DNA of 64,000 bases from the human T2T-CHM13v2.0 reference genome, Homo sapiens. This document shows, piece by piece, positions 56,863-64,000 of the stretch (position 1 is its first letter; each line of letters starts with the position of its first letter). The stretch lies in NCBI RefSeq assembly GCF_009914755.1, contig NC_060929.1; one strand, written 5' to 3'. Made by a program: the position numbers and the translations under genes. The notes under the pieces were generated by a model. The model ran no database searches. It worked only from the letters and a program-made list of their open reading frames with translations, and had not been told where the DNA came from.

Positions 56863-59800
56863 TATTCTGAAAAGATAGCTACATTTACTTCAAATAGGAA
56901 CAAGGAGGTGATAGCAAACTTAATTGCTTTTCCTGAGTGTCAGGTCACTTCTCATAGCATATGGGTCACCAAGGCCCCTGTGAGCCTTTCATCCAACCTA
57001 TCAGCTCCTCATTCAGCTTCTACTCAATGACAAAGTCACCAAATACCACACTAATGCTGATGACTATTTTTAATCACAAAAGGGATACAGCTATTATCTT
57101 ATAATACAAAAAAATCCATCAATCATATGACATTTTGAACATGTCATTCTAAAATTTGCAAAGTTTTAAGGTTAGCTCCTTTTAAGCATAAGATTCCTTT
57201 CTTATAATTTGCATTTCAGAAAACTAACCTAACCATGCCAGAAAGCACAGGTTTTAAATGCGCAAATGCCTTAAAATTTGGCCGAGCTTTTATGGGAAAA
57301 TCATAAATTTATGACTCATATATATTATTTTTCTCCTTCTGTTTTTAGCCAAGACCATTATATTTTGCTAATAATCAATTGATCACACTATTTACATTTT
57401 TAAATATAGATTTTAATATTGAGTTTTAACTGATTTCCTTGATTCACACATCTCATATCTTACTTGAAAGAAGTTACATGAACTTTAGCTGAGGAGTTTC
57501 ACATATTTTCATCTCAAGTGCAGTGTCTGCAGGGAATAATTTCCTGTGGGAAGTAACCAGAGGAGTATCTCCACTGTTCTATGGAAAAGTAAGAACAGCT
57601 GCAAATTTTTGAAGAATAACCTAATATAGAAATATGTCATACTAGGGGCATTTCTACCTTTCCCCTGACTAAACACAGCCATCGTTCTTTAAGCACTTAC
57701 TAAAAGGAAATTTGTTAACCCAGCTAATGTCCAAAAACAGGCTAGATATCACTAAACAGAAATACAATAGTATTTTTCTCAACACTATGGAAAAAACAAA
57801 TACCATTTATCATGTCTGGATTAAAATGATTAATTAGGCATACACTTCCTTTTTCTTTGTTTCTTTCTCTCTGTTTCTCATTCTCTCTTTCTTTAAGTCA
57901 GTAATCACATACTGAAGTTACAGTACTTTATTGGTTTCCTGTATACAGCAAAATTATGTGGAAAGAGATGTTGTCCCACTGTGCTGAATAGAAACAATTT
58001 TTAATGTGTATATAGATACATAAATAATATAGTTATTGTACATGTAAGGTTAAAAATACATAATATTTATTTAATACACACAAGTAATTCCTGAATTTTT
58101 CTCATTTGATAGTTATTCATATGAAAATGAAAAAGGTAATTTGTTAAATATGTATCTATCTATAAAATGCTTTTTTAAGATAACTTTTTAGTTCCTTAGT
58201 TCTTAACATTGAAGCATGTGGTAGGGGCAATGTTTGTTTAGGCAAGTGTTGCTCTCTGCTTGGTAAATTGTCAAATAGCACCTAAATTATACTCCTGGGA
58301 ATTTCTAAACTGTACTTAGAATTGTGAGTACTCTATTAGGAGAACATCTGTAAATAGTCTGATACATGAGCTCACTTGCAAACATAATGGTATGTTTCAA
58401 TCCATATTGGTATTTCAAATATGACCCCAGAATATTTTTAAAATATCATTTTGAAATCAGACAGCATAGCAAGGATGTAGGTGTCAAAATTAGACACAAA
58501 TGGAAATGAAGTCCTTATTTACAGACTAACTTTTAAAAATTACTTTGGGTCCTTTTTTGTTGGGGTCATATACATGTTGTCATTTGCTTTTGAAAGATGG
58601 AAAAACAGATTACTTCAAATGTTAGACTGTATATTTCACAGCATTGTTGGGGCCAAGGCAAGAATTTCATTTCTACATAATACACTATAATGCTCCATAT
58701 TTCCTCTAAAATGGAAGAGTAATAAAAATGAAAAATGCCAATATTATAGTAAGATTCAAGGGTCATACTTTTTTTAAAACAAAAACTGAGAAGAAGAGAA
58801 AAATACTGGGAAATAATCTGAAAGACAGTGTGTAATTTGCCGATTTCTATCTATCCACTTCACAATGTCTCTAACCTCAATGAACAAGACAGGATCATTT
58901 CTTTCTGAAACTAAACTACAAAAAAGTTTATTAGACACATAAAGAAGATGCTATACAAATTATTAAGTTTTGACTAGTATGTTATAAAGAAGAAAAGAAG
59001 CAATTAAGTCTTCACTGGTATGCTACAAAGAAGAAAAGAAACAATTGAAGGGATACCTGAAAATAACAAAAAACATCTGGAGAAACAATGTACTCAAAGT
59101 TTAAATGTGAACACTGCACCTAATTAAAGAGAACAGCAATTATGGAACTAAGTATTTGTAGTAGAATCACACTGTATCAAAGGAGAGGCCAAATTTTGCC
59201 CCATATTACTTGAGGACAATGTCAAGAAAACTGAAGAAGTGATTGGATCTTGTGACTTTGGTCAGTTTCACAGATATATGGTCTCTGAGCACATAAAACT
59301 TCATTACAAACCTCACTGAAAGGGTTCTATTGGTCTTCCCAGGACCTAAATTAAAGACTATCAGCAAATTAGTCCAAAGAAAGAGGGATTAATACTTTCA
59401 GTAGCCTAATGGTACTATTTTTGGATTAAATTTAGGAACCATGTGTCAATGTCTTTTCTGGGTTCTTCATAGTGCTTAGGGCTGGGCAAACAGAAGATGT
59501 TCAAATACTTTTTGACTCACTGTTGTTCAACACCTAGCGGTGCGTCAGACACAGGAACAAAAGACTGAGTAGAATCTGGCTAAACATTCCATGATGTCAT
59601 CACAGATTTGAAGCCAATGTGAAAATTTTTGGGAAAAAGCACCTCACAAAAGAGTAATTTTAATGGCAAAAAAGTAACTGAGAAGTCAATATCGAGATGA
59701 AAAATATTGTAAAAATAGTTTACTATGCCTAGAAGACATCTTTCACTTGAGGAAAATTTTACTTGAATATTTAAGTGGTGTTGAAACTTCGAAATGGCAT

Positions 59801-62800
59801 ATGTCTAAACTAAACGGAAAAATCTGTAACCAGGTACTAAGAATTTTAAATGGTACTTTTACTGATAATAATTTATATAAAATATCTAACATTAAAGGAG
59901 AAATAAAGGGATGAGGTAAAGTAGGACAAGAAAGAATAAAAAGAAAAAAGTAGTTCTATATAATTTTTGAGAAAGATAATTCAAAGGAGGACCCTTTGTT
60001 TGTATCAGAAGTTAGATAATTTTATGCTTCAAAATTCTCATAACTGGTCATAATATTTTCTTACATCTATCCAATAAGTGAATAAATGAAGATCAATACT
60101 AATGCAAGGATTATTCTCTTTTCATGTCAATGTCTTTTTCATGTTAAAAGATAAGGTAAATACTAGGTGAGGCAAAGAAAAATATACTTGAGCAATATTG
60201 AATAAGTTATCTTTTTATCCAATCTTCATAAATATAGTACACTAAAACTATTTGCAATTGATGAAATGATTTAGAAAATATTTTAAATAGAATTCATTAA
60301 AAAGAACCATATTGATCCACTAAGAAACATTCTTGGCAAACATCATGTCTCAAGAAATGCTCAGCTATATACAGAGCCCCCAACCAATGCTATTGAAGTT
60401 GTATTGTTTTCTTTATTGAAAAAAAGCTGCACGAAGGGAACTAGAGACTGCCAAATGATGAAATTTTTTTTTATTTTATATGCTTAGTAAAACTTAAACG
60501 TATTTCATTCATAACCTCAAAACCTATACCATTACATGAGTACCCACAGAATCAGGAAACAAAGCCATATAACTTTAAAGTATTTTAAAGAAAGTGCCAA
60601 AAAGGTTAATCCAATTCCACACTAAAGCATTCCCTCAGGTCTCCAAAGTAAAGTTTAAAATGTATAATCTAGTCTCCTGTGTCTGTTAATCCTTTGCACT
60701 TATGATCAGTTCCTGTTTATGTTAGCAAATAAAAAAGATTTAATGTAGGTCAAAGGTTCTCTGAGCTTTTTTCTTTAAAAAAAAAAAATCAATATCTCAA
60801 GGAAACCTAACTCTGCTTTCATAGGAACTGATTGTCTCTTAATAATAATAATAATAACATAGTCTAGATGACCTAGTTGAATCAACTGGATTAGTCACAA
60901 ACTCAAATAAAATCAAAGTTAGCACTAGTTTACAAGGGTCAAACAAATGAAGCTTTCTCTGAGATTTGGACCAGCATCTGAGCCTAGGAACTAGGCTTCT
61001 TAATTGACAATTAAGAACTGTCAAGTGTGAGGAAAACAGTGATGATTATGTAATAGCTTTCTATTGAGATGATTCTTGGCTAGCATATGGACTATTTCAC
61101 CTCACACTTCACAAGTTTTGATACTTCTGACATCTTAATCTAACGTAGATACTGTTTAAAATCCTGTGATCACTAAAGTGCTCTAAAATATGAGCTATTT
61201 AAATATGTATTTCCTGGCAATTAATGCTCACTGGTGACAGTGACCAAATGTTTTATTACACAATGGTAAATGAAAAGAAGACATAGCTGAAGAGGAACAT
61301 AAGAGAATTAACCTGGACATTTTTCCCCTATAATCTTTCATGTTGCCACAGAATAAACAGATTTAACACAGTAGTTCTTTAATCTTCCTTAAAAGCATGA
61401 TGATGGGAAATATCCTACATAAAATATATGGTTTTGAATATAGTTATTAATCAAATTAAATATCCAATTTAGGAATTGCATGAAAGGTTGTCAAATTTAC
61501 AGAGAAAAGGTCAAGGTAGTTTACACAGCCTGGGTAAATTATTTTCTCATCTGACTATATGATTTTTTTGACACAGACATTGCTTATGAAAACAGAACAT
61601 TGAATCAGAAAGGGTAAATCTTAACTCACTATGTCTGGAAAGAAAAATATTAATTCACTGAGTTAATGCTATGTCTATTTTAATTACTCAAATATTTTAA
61701 GCTGGTGACAAACACAACGTGCACATAGAGCAATATTACAACTACATAAACTAAGAATTTAACCTTGGAAAAATAAGAACAGAAGAAAATGCACCAAATC
61801 ATTAACTGTGTGTTTGAATAATGAAAATATCAGCGATTTTGATTCTCTTCCTTTGCTTTACTTCCCACTATCTTAATAAATATGAAGTGTTTTAAAGAAC
61901 ACGGATGTTTCTATAAGAAGAACAAGTATTTATGTTTCTTACATGCAACATAATTTTAATTTTTACTGATACTTTTCAAGAAATGTGTGAAACACCTGAA
62001 GCTGATGTTTTGTTTCAATGGTTGTTTCTGCAGGAAAAAAATGCAAGTGTTTAACAAGTGCAGTTTAGTAGGATAGACAATTCTTCATATATACTGCCTT
62101 AATTTAGGAGTTCTAAGGTTCAAATCACAAATTAAAAAGCTTCCAGAAACATATTTAATATACACAAGATTAATTCGGTGTTTCAATTTACTTCTCCAAG
62201 TATGTTATCTTTTCAGTGGTAAATGTTGGCCTCCTTTCAGTAAACAGTGCATTTGGCAAGAACTGGAGCATTTTCTCTGCTATGCAAGTGATGATTAATG
62301 ACTCAGTGCTCAACAGCATCATGATCATTTTCACTGGTTCCCTGGTTTAAATTATATGTATATATAATTTAATTTTTTATATATACCCACACACACATAT
62401 AGTTTATATTTTCCTTCTGTAAATTCATATATATAAAAGAAAGAGTAAGATCCAGATTGTATCACGTGGCATAGAGATAGGGAATGCATTTAAATGTAAA
62501 TATTTCATCATCCTAAATCAACTCTAGTTCCCCCACTCCCCCCAATTTATGAAAAGTCAAATCTTATATTTATATTATGATGCATGGAAGTTCTTTAAGT
62601 AGCTAAAAAATAAGGAGAGCCCTTCCTTTGAGATAAATAATGCTCATATATATACCCACAGAAGCAATAATTTTCCATGTCACCAACACATTCTAAGAAA
62701 GTGAACGTGTGAGAATATGGAAATATATAAAACAATAATGGTGGTTGTCACTTATGGAGTGGTTATTAGGTATTGGGGAATGAGCCAGGTACTTACAGAT

Positions 62801-62829
62801 ACAGTTCATTGATGCTTTTATACATCTCT

Positions 62830-62980
62830 GAGAATAGGAGTTTCTGCACTCTCTTTATAGATGAAGAAAGTGAGACTCCAGAACTTAACAAACGTTACAG
62901 CTCATGAGAGGTAGCACGGGATTTGGAATGTATCCTGCTTTACTTCAGGCCCTAGGGCTTTCTGCTATGCTGTGGTACTG
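62830..62980 (-). mobile_element. MIR fragment
   Basis: tttatagatgaagaaagtgagactccaga...gggatttggaa. Confidence 0.6.
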
Positions 62981-63584
62981 CCTTCATGTTGCAGAAAGGG
63001 GCTACTCATGGCCTGGATTAAGTGGCAGACCTTGGTGAGAGCCTTCAAACAACCTTGTCATCATAACTGAGATGTTCATTTGTTCTACAGTGGAGCAAAT
63101 ATGAAGAGAAAAATCTTCCAGACTAGAAGAAAATGAAATGCATGTCAGTGGAGAGAGGTAGAATAAATGGGTTATACCCTACAGGTTGGCCTACGGAGAT
63201 TTCTTCAAGAGATTTTTAAAAGGAAAAAGTAAATGTCCTCTCCTAGCTTTGAGTCATCATAGGTTCTCTCTTCTGGAGTCTGAGCCATGTCAGGTAAGCC
63301 TCATATCTAGGGAAAGGGAGTTACTGAGAATTATTTGGCCTGAACCTTCTTTCTGTATTGAGATGAGCTTTTAGGAAAGAGCTTAAGCTAGTATTATTTA
63401 ATTATTTCTGCCTCTCTGCCATTTAAAACATTTGACTTTTGAAGGAAAAATAGACCATTAGAGGGAGAAAACATGTTTTCAAAAGACCTATTTCTCGCAA
63501 AGACATATACATATTTTTTAATTGATTGCTTAATAGGGAGATTGGTTTAGTTTTCTGAGGTGTTTGGTCAATAAATTGGATATT

Positions 63585-63811
63585 TTTTTAAAATTTATTT
63601 TTGTTAAAGTAAAATATACATATATAATTTACCATAAGTGTATAATTTACTGATAAAAAATACATTTTCTTTTTCTACTTCATCCCCTACCCTCTTTTCC
63701 AGCCTCTGGGAATCTACTCTCTATCTTCATGAGATCCACATTTTTAGCTCCCACATATGAGTAAGAGCATGTGATATTTGTCTTTCTGTGCTTGGCTTAT
63801 TTCACTTAACA
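63585..63811 (-). mobile_element. L1MA 3' fragment
   Basis: ttccagcctctgg...tttttagctcccacatatgagtaagagcatgtgatatttgtctttctgtgcttggcttatttcacttaaca. Confidence 0.85.
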
Positions 63812-64000
63812 GTTTGGAGATTTTTATTATCCCTGAGAGCCAGGAGGAAATTCATTGTAATCATTTGGTTTTCACAATGATTACAGTTTTATTATTTTTC
63901 CTTGATAATTTAAAAATTCAAATAATATAAGAGATAAGAAAGACAAACAATATATAAGAGTGAAAGAAAGTAAAACATACCTTGTAATTAATTCTACTAG

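Overview
AT-rich, CpG-poor primate (catarrhine, probably human) DNA, intergenic or deep-intronic. I found no credible protein-coding gene, RNA gene, CpG island or CRISPR array. The ORF track is chance ORFs plus decayed Tigger1 transposase, Alu and L2 RT remnants. The window is a layered transposon landscape: a full-length Tigger1 carrying an AluY and a MER30, seven other Alus, two related ERV1 solo LTRs in opposite orientation, MaLR LTRs, and L1/L2/MIR relics. The one structure that ordinary repeat annotation does not explain is an ~810-bp copy of the segment at 50459-51270, inserted 13.9 kb upstream into the second LTR at its poly(A) signal. It has a 29-bp target duplication and no poly(A) tail, and sits in a four-level nest. 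About 1 kb to its left is a ~70-bp patchwork of direct and inverted micro-templated snippets. Both look like fossil DNA-repair or template-switch scars, not a new gene system. Repeat family names are from recalled consensus sequences and need RepeatMasker/Dfam confirmation.
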